The notes beneath the pieces were generated by a model. That model made no database searches and was not told the origin of the DNA. It saw only the letters and a list, made by a program, of their open reading frames with translations. From assembly GCF_006345805.1 (NCBI RefSeq), contig NC_043002.1:64046001-64110000 (forward strand): a stretch of DNA of 64,000 nt, given 5' to 3'. Numbering within the stretch: the stretch's first letter is position 1; every line of letters starts with the position of its first letter. Positions 37,963 to 52,407 of the stretch are shown here, piece after piece. Made by a program: the position numbers and the translations under genes. Origin of the DNA: Octopus sinensis. Its lineage: Eukaryota.

Positions 37963-38240
37963 ATAAAATCGTTATTTTAAATATCGATCTTATCAAGTGG
38001 CCAGCATGGAATACAAACGTTCAAAGGTAATAATTATAAAAATTATAATTTAGATTATATAAGAGATACCACCACGCTGGAAATAGCAGCCAAAACTTGA
38101 CTCTAAAATCACATTAAATGTTCATACAGCACCAGGATAGAAGGCAAAAGGACAAAATAATAAAGTAGCAAAAAATTACTGGATAATTCCAGATCGCGGA
38201 TTCCTGACTCTGCATAAGAAATGATTTGCTTCATCAGTGG
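37960..38240. mobile_element. Penelope pLTR-like fragment related to the 20323 inverted-repeat arms
   Basis: Shares TATCAAGTGGCCAGCATGG, GAAATAGCAG and TTAAATGTTCATA with 20270-20480. Confidence 0.5.
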
Positions 38241-38275
<35 letters not shown>

Positions 38276-39498
38276 TATATATACATACATAAATTTATAT
38301 ATATATATGCACACACACATATGTATGTATGCATATATATATACATGTGTGTGTGTGTGTGTATTCCAGCAATGTAGCCATATACGTTCTGTTGACGCTT
38401 CCTTTTCCTTCTTGGGCATTTCCCCTTTTCCTTTTCGATGAAGAGCTATTCTCGAAACTTTATACTCCCTCTTTTCACCAAGTGTTAAGCTAATACATTT
38501 CTTTCACACGTTCTCTTAATGTCCATTATTTTCATTTGCCTTTTATTGGATGTGGGCGCATATCCTTTCAAAATATTCTCATCACATCTGGCCAAAATAT
38601 CAATTTTATAGATGCCTTGGTGTGGGTGAATGAGCGCGTAAACTTATTTTCCTATGCTGCTGAATAACAGGAAAATGTGAGATATGTGACGGGCATATAT
38701 ATATTCGTTGACCGCTTCTTGGAGAAGATATCACAGCTTTCATCCTAAATCAATATTACAGATCAGCTGCTTAAGTGTAGCGCATAATTTGATAGCTTAA
38801 TATATGTAAGATCTTTTGAGGTTTCTTCAATAAATGATCTAACTCTAAACAATTTCATCTGATTTTCTCTGTGTTAAGCTTCAATCGATATTGCCTGATT
38901 ATAATTGAAACAATTCTTAAGGGTAATGAAACGATCTACAATTTTATAGTGCAAGAAGGATGGGTATATTTTCTCTATGATGCATCAACTGTCAGCATAT
39001 CTGTTCGTCTTGAGGCGTCTGTATTATTTCCACACATAAATGAGACTAGAGCGAAAGATTTTAGACCCTAAGTCATAGCTAACCGACAGAGAGTGTATAC
39101 AATTTACTCCAGTAGCTGCAAAAATCTTCAAGGAAGCATGGGGATGGGAATATTCAATGATTCATGTATTTCTGCTAAAACAGAAACGAACATCATTCCA
39201 CGGAATGTGACAATCTTCGAAGGAGAAATGTACATAATCTACAAACCATATGAAACTAAATATCGAATTTCGAAAATATTTTGATGTCAAGTGATTCGCA
39301 TAATTTGGTAGTAATGTGCCATATTATATATTCACTACACTACATGATGTAATTCTAATTTACATTAATATATATTTATGTATGTATATAACGTATGTAT
39401 AATTTATAAAGTTGAGGAATTGTTCGAGAGATAGTATTGATATGGTTGCGAATGTGTGTGAACACTGACACACATGCATGGACTCACACATATACAAG

Positions 39499-39553
<55 letters not shown>

Positions 39554-40493
39554 ATATACATTTATATTCATATATTGCAGATATGAATGTGCATATACAA
39601 GTATATATGTCTACGCTTATTTGCGCCGACATTTCGTGTGCTTCACCGTGTGTAAAAGTTTATGATAAATATATTATGCTTCTTGGTGTAACTTCTCTAT
39701 GAAACGTAGCTCATTCAAAGGACAGAGATTATTAATTAATTGAGAGAAATTATAAACTGTTAGATTCCAAATCTAAGTCATATGGGTAGTTTATAGACGG
39801 TAAGTATAACAACGTTTTACGCTACGCATAAAAGGCAGAACATGTTTTGATAAAAAAACAATATGATAATACATAATAGGCTCTGGCGCAAATTACAACT
39901 TATTATCCGCATATATGTTAACTGGAAACGCTGGCATATACACAGCAAAGGACGAGATGTGAAAGACATGAATTGTACATTGGAGAGAAGTGCAAAATTT
40001 TGATAGAGTGATTACAAAAAGATATTCAAGAAAGAGAAATTAATGATCTGCCGTTTTATGTAAATATAGAATGTAATTTGCTGATGGCTAAAGAATGAAT
40101 CTAGCCGCAATGTAGATGAAATATAAAAAGAAAAAAAGAGAAGAAATATAGAAAGTGCATCCCACGTTAGTACGAAATATGGAGACGACGTAATTGTTGA
40201 TTTACAGAAAATTAAAAAGCGGCGGAAATTATTTAACCCGAGAACAAGAAAATATTTCCTAAGTGGAGTGCTACCTTTGAACGTATGTTTTCACATTAAT
40301 GAATAATTAAAGAATTGCTATTTCGTTTGTGGCAAAACATACAGAGAATAGCCAAAAGAGAAGCATACCCAAATATGTAGACAGAAATACAGGCAACCAA
40401 ACGCACACATTGTGTATACACATACACAAACACATACATACACACATACAAACATACGTGCATACATGTATACATACATACATACATTTATAC

Positions 40494-40558
<65 letters not shown>

Positions 40559-40567
40559 ATATATATA

Positions 40568-40940
40568 TAGGAGCAAAACGCCCCTCGTCCAATGGACGGT
40601 GAGGAGTTGTCAAACATTTAAACCAAATTTTCTCAAAACAACTTGTCCGATCGCCCCATAGTCCTCCCGTTTGAGAAACACTAATTTAACCTAAGTTTGG
40701 GACACCACCAAAAGAAGAAATAACGATAGATATTTTTTCTATTCCAAGAAAAATGATTTTACAAATACACTTCCCCACGACTTTATCGATCGCATTCTCA
40801 CCTGCAATCGATTTTTGTCATTTTTTCAAGATTAATACACGCCCTGATACCCTCGGTATCTACACATCAAATTTGAGCGCAATCGGATGGAGGATGCCCG
40901 ATATCCTAGAAGACACATACACAGACAGAACGGTGACCAT
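40568..40940 (-). mobile_element. Non-autonomous Helitron, second family (degenerate)
   Basis: Collinear with 51589-51964; subterminal hairpin CGTCCATTGGACG. Confidence 0.65.
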
Positions 40941-41479
40941 CATAGGACACCTAACACGCTAGAAGGAGTAGCCAAATCGAATGCATTATTAGGGATAAAT
41001 TTCGAATGGAATAAAATATAATAACATTTACCATCTATCGCCTGGACCATGGTTACTTGCTCTAAATTTGCAAATAAAATAATATGCTACGCAGAGCATT
41101 CATCAGCAGGTACACTAAGATCATCATATAAATACGCGGCAATGCAGTATATGCCTCGTTTTTATATATTATGATTTCTGAAATCAACCGCGCAAGAGCG
41201 GTCTTTTCTCGGCAAGTAATATAATGCCGGCGTTTCTTCGAAAATTTGCCAAAAATTATCAATGATTAACAAATACCACTGCATATATATATATACATTC
41301 ATACACACACACTCACACACACACACATATGTATATATATATATATATGCGATAGGTAATTTGTCGCTATTTCATATTCTTAATTTGGCGCATGCAGATT
41401 GTTTTTTTTTTTATTTTGTAGACTACTACAGAGTATAGTAGGATCAGTTGGGCACAGCTTGTGAGAAAAACAGCAACAT

Positions 41480-42250
41480 GACCCAATTCAGTCTGCCGAA
41501 ATTTGGAAACGACATGCTGAACTGCTTGGCATTCGCGCCGAAAGTATCAATACGAACATTTCAGAGTGTTTGGGTGTGAATCTGAAGAGAGTGCAGAGGA
41601 TTCGGAAAGAGCTGGATGAGTCTAATTGTGATTACGATAAGAAAAGAACTCAAGAATCTGTGGGCGAGATCCAGACCATTCTTCATCCAAGTCAATGTGG
41701 TCCCTTTTCCGGGACATGGAGTGTCTGAGGAACTTATCAGGCAGGTAGTGCATTCTGTATTCCTCATAAAAGATGAGAGGGGCCCAAATCTTATCCCAAA
41801 CCATCAAGAACTAGAGGAAATACCGCCCTACGAAGCTTTTGAACAATCTCAATCAACCCCTCCTACCGAATATGCTTTTCTGCCAGGATCACACATAACA
41901 ACCGTTGAATTTCTGTATCTCCAAAACATTTACCGACAGTGATAAAAATCAAATATCCAGTCAAATCAACATTATTTTGTATGGAGCGATCACTAGTGAT
42001 GGTGACGTTATACCCCCATTCAGCTTCCAGCATGACAACAGGTTCAACACGGAAGCCTGTATAAAGTGCCTGCAGTAGATCATGTTGCCCTAGGTCAAGA
42101 GGGTGCCTGCTGGAAGACACTATACCTATCAACAGAACTCTGCACCGTGTCACACAAGCAGGAAAACCAGTCAAGAATGTCTGATAATTTCTGCCGTCAC
42201 ATCACGCCTAACATCTGGCCACCTAAAACCCCACACTGCAAGCCCGGCCG
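41480..42250 (+). pseudogene. Tc1/mariner-superfamily (maT/DD37D-like) transposase relic
   Basis: Fragments IWKRHAELLGIRA..ISECLGVNLKRVQRIRKEL, RDMGVSEELIRQVVH, ITSDGDVIPPF, YQQNSAPCHTSR and ITPNIWPPKTPHCKP (compare QQDSAP.H and WPP.SPD.NP). Many frameshifts. Confidence 0.8.
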
Positions 42251-43156
42251 CCTTGAAATTATTAATATTAACTCTTGTAAAATTATAATCAAATATTTGA
42301 AGAATAGGTTAAAGAACGATCAATAAGCAAGCATTTATTATTAAAATCGCTTCGTAGTTATTTCAGCTTTCGTGTGGGGATGTAAATAATTTGATTTGGA
42401 TAATAGAAAATTTTCGGTTGTTAAAAACGGAAAGATACAACAATAAATACCCTATTTTAGTGGTATTTGAAATAAATTATGAGTCGAAAAGTCATAATGG
42501 TGAGGAAAGTACATACAGCCCAAAATATAAATTTGGACTCTCTCTTTTTAGAATGGGAAGGTTGTTGGTGATGAAGGAATAAATGCTTGAAATGCTGACA
42601 AGGCAATATTGAATATTGTATAAAGGTTACTGTGAAGAGAAGAGATAATTATGTATATCCCCACTCACTCTCTCTCTCTCGCTCTTTGTACGTGTGTGCG
42701 CGCGCATGTAAGAGATGTATATAATGTGACAATCAAAGATTGCTGTAAGTGCCCAAGTGCTGATGGAAGAATTAATGTTCCACAGTCTCTGAAATTTTAA
42801 AAGCAACTTGGTGATACGTATAACGGTGAGACTGGTTTAATAATAAGCTGTATGACACATGACTGAGGGTGAATATATGGTAATTGCATTGAATGAGACT
42901 TCCAATTCAAAAAATAAAACCACTTTAGCAATAAAAACTAGAGGGGAGCTATTTACATTGACGTAAATGGAAGAAAGAAGACATTAAACATATTTATAAT
43001 GATGGTGCTTCGTATTGTGACTAGAAAATTAATAAGGTAAGAGTTAAAAATAACTAAGGGGCTTTATGATAAGAGAAAATAGTACTGTACTGGAGGAGAA
43101 GCAAGTAAATGGTCTAATAGACATGTAGATTAACTTTTCAAAATACTTACTGGTTC

Positions 43157-43229
<73 letters not shown>

Positions 43230-43805
43230 TGTTGTGATATATGCTAATCTAGAGGCTAGAGGTTAGGTAAAGATAGAGACTAGGAAATAATTGTCTTCGA
43301 GGAAACCTATGGATATATGTTCAAAACATAGAATTGAAAAACTGGTATGGAAGATTATAAAAAATATAAAAATTAAAAGTCAATGGTTATATGTAAATTC
43401 ATGAGTTTATGACAGGCCTTCGAGAGATATATAACGAAAGAAAGCGTAAATTAATATAAAATATGAAGAAAGACAAATTGTTGTAACGAAATATAAATAA
43501 TGTATCAGTTAAGAGTAAGCTGCTCTGAGCGATTAAATTGACGTGTGACACGCGAATGATACGTATCAGTTGGGCGGCGCGTAGAGCGAAAGATCGTATC
43601 CTAGAAAAGCGGAGGAGATACAGAAAATTGTTAACATAATCCAGGTGTGAAAAGTTGCAACAGGTTGGCTAATGTAACAGGTCTCACTATATAGATCCTG
43701 AGTCAGGAATGACGAAAATTTTGAAAGCGCGAGGAAAAGAGACGAAAATAGAAAATAGGCCAGATATGATTGAGAACTGAGTTGAAAACATATTACGAGA
43801 GGTAC

Positions 43806-43975
43806 TAAGTAACAAGGATGTCCAAGTGTCAGTGCATTACAAACGTTTCAAGCGGCTGCATTTAATCGATCAATGCAAACATTACATCAATTGATGTAAT
43901 GTTTGCATTGATCTATTAAATGGAGCCTCTTGAAACAGCCGCAATTTACTGATACCTAGATATCCTTGATACTTA
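43806..43975. repeat. 170-bp loopless palindrome (palindromic MITE-like)
   Basis: Symmetric about 43890/43891; perfect 46-bp core 43868-43913; TA at both ends. Confidence 0.85.
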
Positions 43976-44087
43976 TTTGTTTTTATTTACCTACTTCGAG
44001 CAACGCGGACTTTAATTGCCCCAGTTTAAGTACCTAATTCTACTGAATCTCAATTATTTCATTTATATATAATTGGATAAAGTTAAC

Positions 44088-44625
44088 TTTAATTAATAAC
44101 ATTAATTTCTACCCTCATTATTTAATTTTTAAATAGCCATGCAGAGGTTTATTAACTGCCGAGTTCTCTCTGGTTTGGCGCACCGGGATGAAGACATTTG
44201 GATAGAGATTTTCGATACATAGTTGGTGTAACTTTTTGCATGTTCTCTGTCGTGAGGACGTTTTGTATCTGGTTCCGCTGATTATGTGTCCTGAAACGAC
44301 TTCACTGAAGAGGTACAGATGATCGCGTTAGTGATCGTTAATAGCGAAATCTTAGGGTATGATGTTAATTGCTCTATTTTGTTTCCTTTCATTTGTCTTC
44401 CTCGCATACATTCTGGCGTTTGGTAAATTTTGTGAGATAATCTTCGTTGTAAAAGCAATTTGGCGACATCTTCTAGCACATTAGGTAGCCACCTTGGTGG
44501 CTCTTCCACTTACTTATTTATGTAATATAATTCATAGTCCCCGGAAATTTCTTAAGTATGCTAGCCATTGGTTTACATTAATGTTAATTAATAATATTAA
44601 TTTCTACCCTCATTATTTAATTTAT
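44088..44625. repeat. About 40-bp direct repeats bracketing about 460 bp (possible Penelope-like relic)
   Basis: TTAATTAATAA(C/T)ATTAATTTCTACCCTCATTATTTAATTT near 44088 and 44585. Confidence 0.55.
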
Positions 44626-44666
44626 ATATATATATTTATATATATAAATGTGGGGTGGGATGGGGT

Positions 44667-44971
44667 GGAGGCGAAATGGCCCAGTTGTTAGGGCAGCGAA
44701 CTCACGATTGTAGGATCGCGGTTTCGATTCCCACATCGGGCGTTGTGAGTGCTTATTGAGCGAAAACTCTTAGAGCTTCACGAGGCTCTGGAATTGGGGG
44801 TAGCGATCTCGGCTGTACTCTTTCGCCACAACTTTCTCTCACTCTTTCTTCTATTGCCCTGCCCGCTTAGCCAGCGGGGTGGCGTCATTTGAAGGCTAAA
44901 ACAATGCGAAGCGCATTGTGACCAGCGATGGGTAGCAACATCTGCTTGCCTGGTTGGTCACGGTGATCACG

Positions 44972-44977
<6 letters not shown>
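44667..44977 (+). mobile_element. Family A SINE (tail type 1)
   Basis: Collinear with 5290-5610. Confidence 0.88.
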
Positions 44978-45016
<39 letters not shown>

Positions 45017-45181
45017 GTATGTATCAGCATACGCAAAACTGAAAAATTCAGGCATATTGTGAAGAGTATTACTCTTCCGTCATAATTTCATGTGCATAAG
45101 AATTGCATATCTGTTCCGTAGCTATAACAGTACTATATGTTTGTGTGTGTGTATGAATATATATATATATATATATGTATG

Positions 45182-45213
<32 letters not shown>

Positions 45214-45486
45214 TGTATGTATGTATGTATGTATGTATGTATGTATGTATATACATATACTCAAGAGGTATTGGTATCTAGAAGACCCAAAGAGTGCCAG
45301 GTAACGCTAAGTAAGTGCTATGGACAGACCGTAGTTAAATTCTTCGTTCGATAATGATTCGAGTGAGGAGACTAATGTGGGTCTTGTATTAGCCTGCATA
45401 TGTATCTAAATGTATATATATATATATTAGAATGAGATAACACAGCCAAGGTTGTGAGGAGTTTTCAGTATATTTATAATGAACTA

Positions 45487-45534
45487 CCATTACAGCTGTT
45501 TCTGGGATATTATGGATATCCCTTCATCAGAGAT
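45487..45534 (-). ncRNA. Minimal type I hammerhead ribozyme motif (left arm)
   Basis: CTGATGA a GGGATAT-ccata-ATATCCC a GAAA C-AGCT-G TA. Perfect 7-bp stem II and palindromic tetraloop stem III; stem I degraded. Confidence 0.65.
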
Positions 45535-45952
45535 TTTGTGAGAAAACATTTGAGTTCGAATTATTATGGAAAAGGAGGCGATAGGGATTATTGAGGGAAA
45601 TAAGAGTATGAAAGTAGAAATAAGATAAGTCATTATTCAAGGAAAATGGTGTGTGGAAGTGGTAAAAAGTTTCCTGTAGAGGATATGTTTTGTTCTGACA
45701 TCACAAAAACATTTCGAGCGAGCAACGCTGATTCCACGGCTCCGTATTTTGAAATGACTAAACATGAACTGCTGTTGGAACTTACATACCATGTACAGGA
45801 AACGTTTTTACCATTTATATACACCATTTCCCCCAAATAACGGAACTGCAACTACAATATGTTATATGTCTTATTTCTACATTCATTCTCTTATTTCCTT
45901 CTATATTCCCTATCACATTCTTATATTTCGAACTCAAATGTTTTCTCACACC

Positions 45953-46000
45953 GTCTCTGATGAAGCGATATCCATAACATCCCAGAAACAGCTGTAAGAC
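45953..46000 (+). ncRNA. Minimal type I hammerhead ribozyme motif (right arm)
   Basis: GTCT CTGATGA a GCGATAT-ccata-ACATCCC a GAAA C-AGCT-G TA AGAC. Intact 4-bp stem I and GUA cleavage triplet; two stem II mismatches. Confidence 0.65.
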
Positions 46001-46059
46001 TATTTCACTATAAATGTCCTGAAAACTACGCACAATCTTGGCTTTGTTATCTCATTCTC

Positions 46060-46103
<44 letters not shown>

Positions 46104-46662
46104 TCGAAAAGACAACGCTGGAAAAAATACAACGCACATAATGAGGACTAAGAGTCTGCATATTTGTACACAGATGTCTGCATAGGGTTGTGTGCGGCGG
46201 GATGAAAATAAAAAGAAAAGTAAAAGTATCCTCTCACATACGTCTAAATTTTATCTTACTTTCGAATGTGAATTAGGAATATCTGATGAAATTATTTCTG
46301 GCTGTCCACTTACGACAAAATCATTGTAAAATGTCTTACGTTCGTTTTATTATTAATTTTTTTTTTCAGGCATACAGTTTTTATGTTCATGCTCACGCAT
46401 ATATACGTGATTATTGTCTAAATAAAATACGGATAAGTTGTTGAAAACAGCATATCATTTTTTGATACAAATGTGTGTATGTGATAAATTTTTTACATAT
46501 ATATATTTCTGCAAAGTGACATTTTTATAATAGGAAATATTTTCTGTAAGCACAAACAAAAATAATATACACAAACATGCTTATATATGTATATATGTAT
46601 GGGCGTATATGTGTGTAAATGCGTTTCTGTGCATGTAGGTTTTTATAGATATATGTAGAAGG

Positions 46663-46741
<79 letters not shown>

Positions 46742-46836
46742 TGGCACACATATATGCACGTTAATAGGTTTAGACATTTATTACACTTTCAGATATATCT
46801 ATCTAATCACTTGCATGTAGGTAAGTATGTGTGTGT

Positions 46837-46881
<45 letters not shown>

Positions 46882-46905
46882 GTATATATATACACACACA
46901 CACAC

Positions 46906-46958
<53 letters not shown>

Positions 46959-46964
46959 GCATGC

Positions 46965-47016
<52 letters not shown>

Positions 47017-47749
47017 TATACATGTATGTATAGTACACATTGCACGTCACTGAATTGTATGCTACTTTTCTCTTAGTAACTTTATAATGAATAGAGATAT
47101 ATGGAAAAAAATAAAAGAAAGCAGTGGACACTTGTACAGTATCATCACGTACTCAAGATTAAGAAAGAAGTCGAGAATTCCTTAAAGCTATTAATTTTCC
47201 TTCACTTCGATGAAAATCACAATATAAAAGAATACGTCTTTATAGAAATAATATTAGACTTCTATTAAATCATTGGTTTTAGACGGACAATTTTTTCGTA
47301 TTAAAAAAAAAAATCTATTGAAAAGATAAAAAACAAATTAAATAATTTAAATAAATTAAGGAAATATAAATGATAAAAAAACACCAACCGGTTTCAAAGA
47401 AACATTTACAAATATTTATTGAAGGCAATATGGTTCAGAGAATTTGTTTCAACACATATGTATGCGAATATAGATAACACATTCGTAATAATACATTTCT
47501 ACGGTTTCCCTTTTTTATTTGAATACAAGTGTCTGTTAGTAGGACTGTGATTTATTAATAATATATAATTGCATTCCATTATATTGTAATTTTTAATATA
47601 AATAATTTACCGACACTGCTACTGAGCTAGAGGCCACCCTGGAACCTATCATGAATGCAAATACATATACATACTATTGGATAAATAGATGTCGATACGC
47701 CCCCGCCCCAACTAATACACACACACACTCGCATATATTGCTCTTCCTC

Positions 47750-47784
<35 letters not shown>

Positions 47785-47904
47785 TTGTGTGTATATGAGA
47801 AATGACTTACATACATATCAATATATCAATGATATAATGTGCAACACCATACATACGTACGGCCTAATTACAGACGTGTTAATCTGTTTACATTGTCAAC
47901 GACC

Positions 47905-48680
47905 GTACGTAACTGGTACTTAATTTATCGACCCTGAAAGGATGAAACGAAAAGTCGACCTCACCGGAATTTGAACGCAGAACGTAACAGTACAGGAAAT
48001 ACCTATTTCTTTACTACCCACAAGAAGCTAAACAAAGAGAAGGCAAACAAGGACAGACAAACGGATTAAGTCGATTATATCGACCCCAGTGCGTAACTGA
48101 TACTCATTTAATCGACAGTGAAAGGATGAAAGGCAAAGTCGACCTCGGCATAATTTGAACTCAGAACGTATCGGCAAACGAAATACCAATTTCTTTCGAT
48201 CTCGGTGGAATTTGAACACAGACCGTAACAGCAGACAGAATACGACTACGCATTTCGCCCGGCGTGCTAACGGTTCTGCCAGCTCGCCGCCTTAAATAAT
48301 TACTTCTACTCTAAGCGCAAGGCTTTGAAAATTTTGGGGGAAGGGGCCAAGTCGATTATATTGACCCTAGTACATAACTGGTACTTAATTTATCGAACCC
48401 TAAAGGATGAAAGGCAAAGTCGACATCGGCGGAGAACGTAACGGCAGACGAAATATCTGTTTCTTTACTACCCACAAGGGGCAAAACACAGAGGTGACGA
48501 AAAAGGACAGACAAACGGATTATATCGACACCAGTGCGTAACTGGTACTTATTTAATCGAACCCGAAAGGATTAAATGTAAAGTCGACCTCGGCGGAATT
48601 TGAACCCAGAACCTAACGGCAGACGAAATGCAGCTACGCATTTCGCTCGGCGAGCTAGCGATTGTACCAGCTCGCGGCTT
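47905..48680 (-). mobile_element. Tandem array of about 4 family C SINE units
   Basis: Repeated GATGAAAGGCAAAGTCGACCTCGGCGGAATTTGAACTCAGAACG blocks; tail-to-body junctions at 48003/4 and 48457/8. Confidence 0.88.
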
Positions 48681-49244
48681 TGCTTGGTCACTAATATTAA
48701 ATCGCATTATATCCATATCAGTATATAGTCATCATTGTTCTTACGAATTATCGAATGTACAGATCAAGTTTACATACCAAAATTTTCTCGTTGCCTTCCA
48801 TATCATGTAAATCTAGTGTTAAAATCTTGTTACCTGTGCTGTAATTCTTGCATTTATAACATTAATACCGTAATACCTCAATATTTGTATCCATCTCGAG
48901 AGACTTATATAAAATAAACAATCGGAAGGACATTCACGTGTTTTTGCTTACGAACTTGTTGGAAACTTGTGCCCGCACTGAATGCTGATAAAGGATGGGA
49001 ACAACGTTTTACCTGTCATTTAGCCATCTGATATTGGATTTATTGTTTTGCGTTGTCGACCTTATTTTACTGCCCAAAAATCTAGTATGCGTTCGTATGC
49101 TCATATTTCATATTCAACATACAGAAACATATGCAAAATTACGTAAGACGAGAAAATTTCATGTAGTAAAATATATTAGATATAGATAAACACTACAGCC
49201 TTTTTTTCCTAAGAATTACATACAAACACAAGCGAATATATACG

Positions 49245-49355
<111 letters not shown>

Positions 49356-49411
49356 GTGTATGCGTGTGCGTGTGTATGTGTGTGTGTGTGTGTGTATGCG
49401 TGTGTGTGTGT

Positions 49412-49700
49412 GTGGTTAGGGCAGCGGACTCGCGGTCGGAAGATCGTGGTTCTGATTCTCAGATCGGGTTTTGTGTGTGTTTATTTAGTTAAAACTTCCA
49501 AAAACTCCACGATGCTCCGGCAGGGGGGGGGGCGATCTCTGTAGTACTCTTTCGACACAACTTTCTCTCACTCTCGCTTCCTGTTTCTTGAGTAACGCTC
49601 CGATGGGCTGGCGTCCTGTCCAGTTGGGTGGAACACATAGGCAACAGAAACCGGGAAACCGGGCCCATGAGCTTGGCTAAGCTTGAAAAGGGCGACGTTT
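49412..49700 (+). mobile_element. Family A head with V-like domain and tail type 2
   Basis: GTGGTTAGGGCAGCGGACTCGCGG head; CCGATGGGCTGGCGTCCTGTCCAG; CCGGGAAACCGGGCCCATGAGC tail. Confidence 0.75.
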
Positions 49701-49710
49701 ACCGTTATAT

Positions 49711-49758
<48 letters not shown>

Positions 49759-50259
49759 GAGTTAAATGTTTGACATTGACCTTAGATTTTCTTCTTATGG
49801 AAACAGCAAACCGAACATAAGAATCATTGTTGACCTTTTCCTGATTAAATTTATTAACAATAACCAACAGCAAAAAAAAAAAAAGCTGGTAATGCTTCAG
49901 TTTAATGATGCAAATGTAGAAAGTAGTATCAAAGTAGGTACCAGCATGTATTCGTGCACGCGTATCGATTTGCGTGCGGTCATACACGTATAAATCTTGG
50001 TATGATTTTTTTATCATCGAAGAGACATTTTACAAAAAATTATATCTTTGAAATTAAAATATTCCGAAATCAAGTTTTCAAATATCTCCATGATTATGAC
50101 ATCGCTAGTTACTGTGATTTGCGGTCAGTAACAGATTGCATCAATATAATTGCATCTGAGATTATAAATCATCATCGACAGCAATAAAATATTCCTAAGT
50201 TGCCGATCCGTTAGGTTTCGAATTCATTTCACATATATCTTTTTTCGTATTTTTTTCCA

Positions 50260-50422
50260 GAAGTGGCTGTGTGGTAAGTAGCTTGCTTACCAAAGACATG
50301 ATTGCGGGTTCATTCCCTCTGCGTGGCACATTGGGCAAGTGTCTTCTACTATAGCATCGGGCCGACCAAAGCCTTGTGAGTGGATTTGGTGCACGAAAAC
50401 TGAAAGAAGCCCGTCGTATATA

Positions 50423-50514
<92 letters not shown>

Positions 50515-50770
50515 TGTGTGTGTGTGCGTGTGTGAGTGTGTGTGTGAGTGTGTGTGTATGTTGTGTATCTGTTTGTCACCCCAGCATCGCTTGACAACCG
50601 ATGCTGGTGTGTTTACGTCCCCGTAACTTAGCGATTCGGGAAAAGAGACCGACAGAATAAGTGCAAGGCTTACAAAAGAATAAGTCCTGGGGTCGAGTTG
50701 ATTCAACTAAAAGCGGTGCTTCGGCATGGCCGCAGTCAAATAACTGAAACAAGTAAAAGAAAAAAGAAAA
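50260..50770 (+). mobile_element. Family B CORE-SINE, complete
   Basis: Collinear with 36956-37410. Confidence 0.9.
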
Positions 50771-51551
50771 AAATTTAGAAGATCCTTTCCTCATAAGGTT
50801 AAATTCATCTGTCACAGTTGTACGTGTAGTTCACAATTTATACATTTGTATACTATGGTCGTGCAAAAAACATTTCTTTGTCCAAGCCTGTTTCGTTCTC
50901 CCAAGTTTGTTTCTTTTTTACCATTGCATAACTTGCAGTTAAGATAAGGTAGTCAATGTATATTAAAATAGCCTTCTATGCATCGTGATTTATGTATATA
51001 TACGATTTATAGGCTAGTAAGTGTTGACAGATTTAATGCTGCCTGAATTACATATCACGGATTGTTATGCAGTTACGCTTCTAATCGCAACAGCTGGAAA
51101 TGTCTAATTCCTCACATCAGAGATGACGAATTCAGGTCCAAGCATGTGGATGGCTGCGGGTAAAAAACAGACAGCAGGCAGGCCTAGTACAGAGGAAATG
51201 CTTTCGGTATCTAATGTATTTTTCACGCAGCAAGTCATTAAGAGATATAAGCTTAGGGCAATTACGGTGATAACAGGAACATGAACGACGTATATACATA
51301 GACAGATGATGGTCATGCTGGGGCACCACCTTGAGATGATTAATCGATCTAAGTACTAGCACATGCGCACACACAATGCGCAGACAAACCCTCGCACTTA
51401 CAGACTTGACAAGCACAGGCATATGTAACATATATATATGTATATACGACGAGTATCTTTCAGTTTCCGTCCACTAAACCACTCGCAATATTTTGGCTCG
51501 CCTAGGGCTACACAAGAAGATATTAGCCTTTCTATTTATCCATATATATAT

Positions 51552-51588
<37 letters not shown>

Positions 51589-51590
<2 letters not shown>

Positions 51591-51963
51591 AGCAAAACGT
51601 CCCCCGTCCAATTGACGGTACTTAGTTGTCAAACATTTAAACTAAATTTTCTCAAAACAACTTGTCCGACCGTCCCATAGGACTCCTCTTTGAGAAACAC
51701 TGATTTAACCTAAATTTGAGACACCAACAAAATAAGAAATAAAGATAGTCTTTTTTCTATTCCATGGAAAACGATTTTACAAATGCATGTTCCCAGGGCT
51801 CTATCGCATTCTCACCTGCAATCGATTTTTGTAATTTTTTCAAGACTTATACACGCCCAGATACCGTCGGTATCTACAAGTCAAATTTCAGCGGAGTCGG
51901 ATGGAGGATGCCCGAGATCCTAGAAGACACACGCGCAGAGAGACAACGGATTTTATATAATAG

Positions 51964-51964
<1 letters not shown>
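51589..51964 (-). mobile_element. Non-autonomous Helitron, second family
   Basis: Minus strand A|TCTATTATATAAAA start, hairpin CCGTC-AATTG-GACGG, CTTG|T end. Confidence 0.7.
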
Positions 51965-52011
<47 letters not shown>

Positions 52012-52336
52012 GTGTGTGCGCGCGTGTGTAATTCGTCAAAGAATCCAGAAGAAATGCACTCGTATATCTGTCAATAGAGCGGATATAATAATCGAAGTGT
52101 ACTCTATAATATATCCATTACGGTCGAACTTAGCAATTGGTCTTGTGCTACACATTCAACGGAATGTCGACAAAAGCATGTCACCCTGCGCTCATCAGAA
52201 GTAACCCTTACGGAATGAAACATAGCGACTCCTCTCTAGGGTTACATAGTCAAACTGTTAACACTCCCTTGAATCCCTAGAGTGAAACCGATTACTAAGA
52301 TCAGCCGCAATGGATATATAATACTGTACACTTCGA

Positions 52337-52376
<40 letters not shown>

Positions 52377-52407
52377 TATTCCTAAATCTCCCAACGCGAG
52401 GTATTCA

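Larger units (their letters stand above)
45428..46060. mobile_element. Penelope-like relic: about 200-bp diverged inverted repeats, each carrying a hammerhead motif
   Basis: The reverse complement of 45428-45630 aligns to 45868-46060 (for example TTCGAACTCAAATGTTTTCTCACA, CTGATGAAG.GATATCCATAA.ATCCCAGAAACAGCTGTAA, TTATCTCATTCT). Confidence 0.75.

Noticed and set aside
7245-44230. Further hammerhead-like remnants near 7250, 37575-37605, 38205-38240 and 44185-44225
   Set aside because: Each has two or more core changes or lacks GAAA/stem III; too decayed to call.
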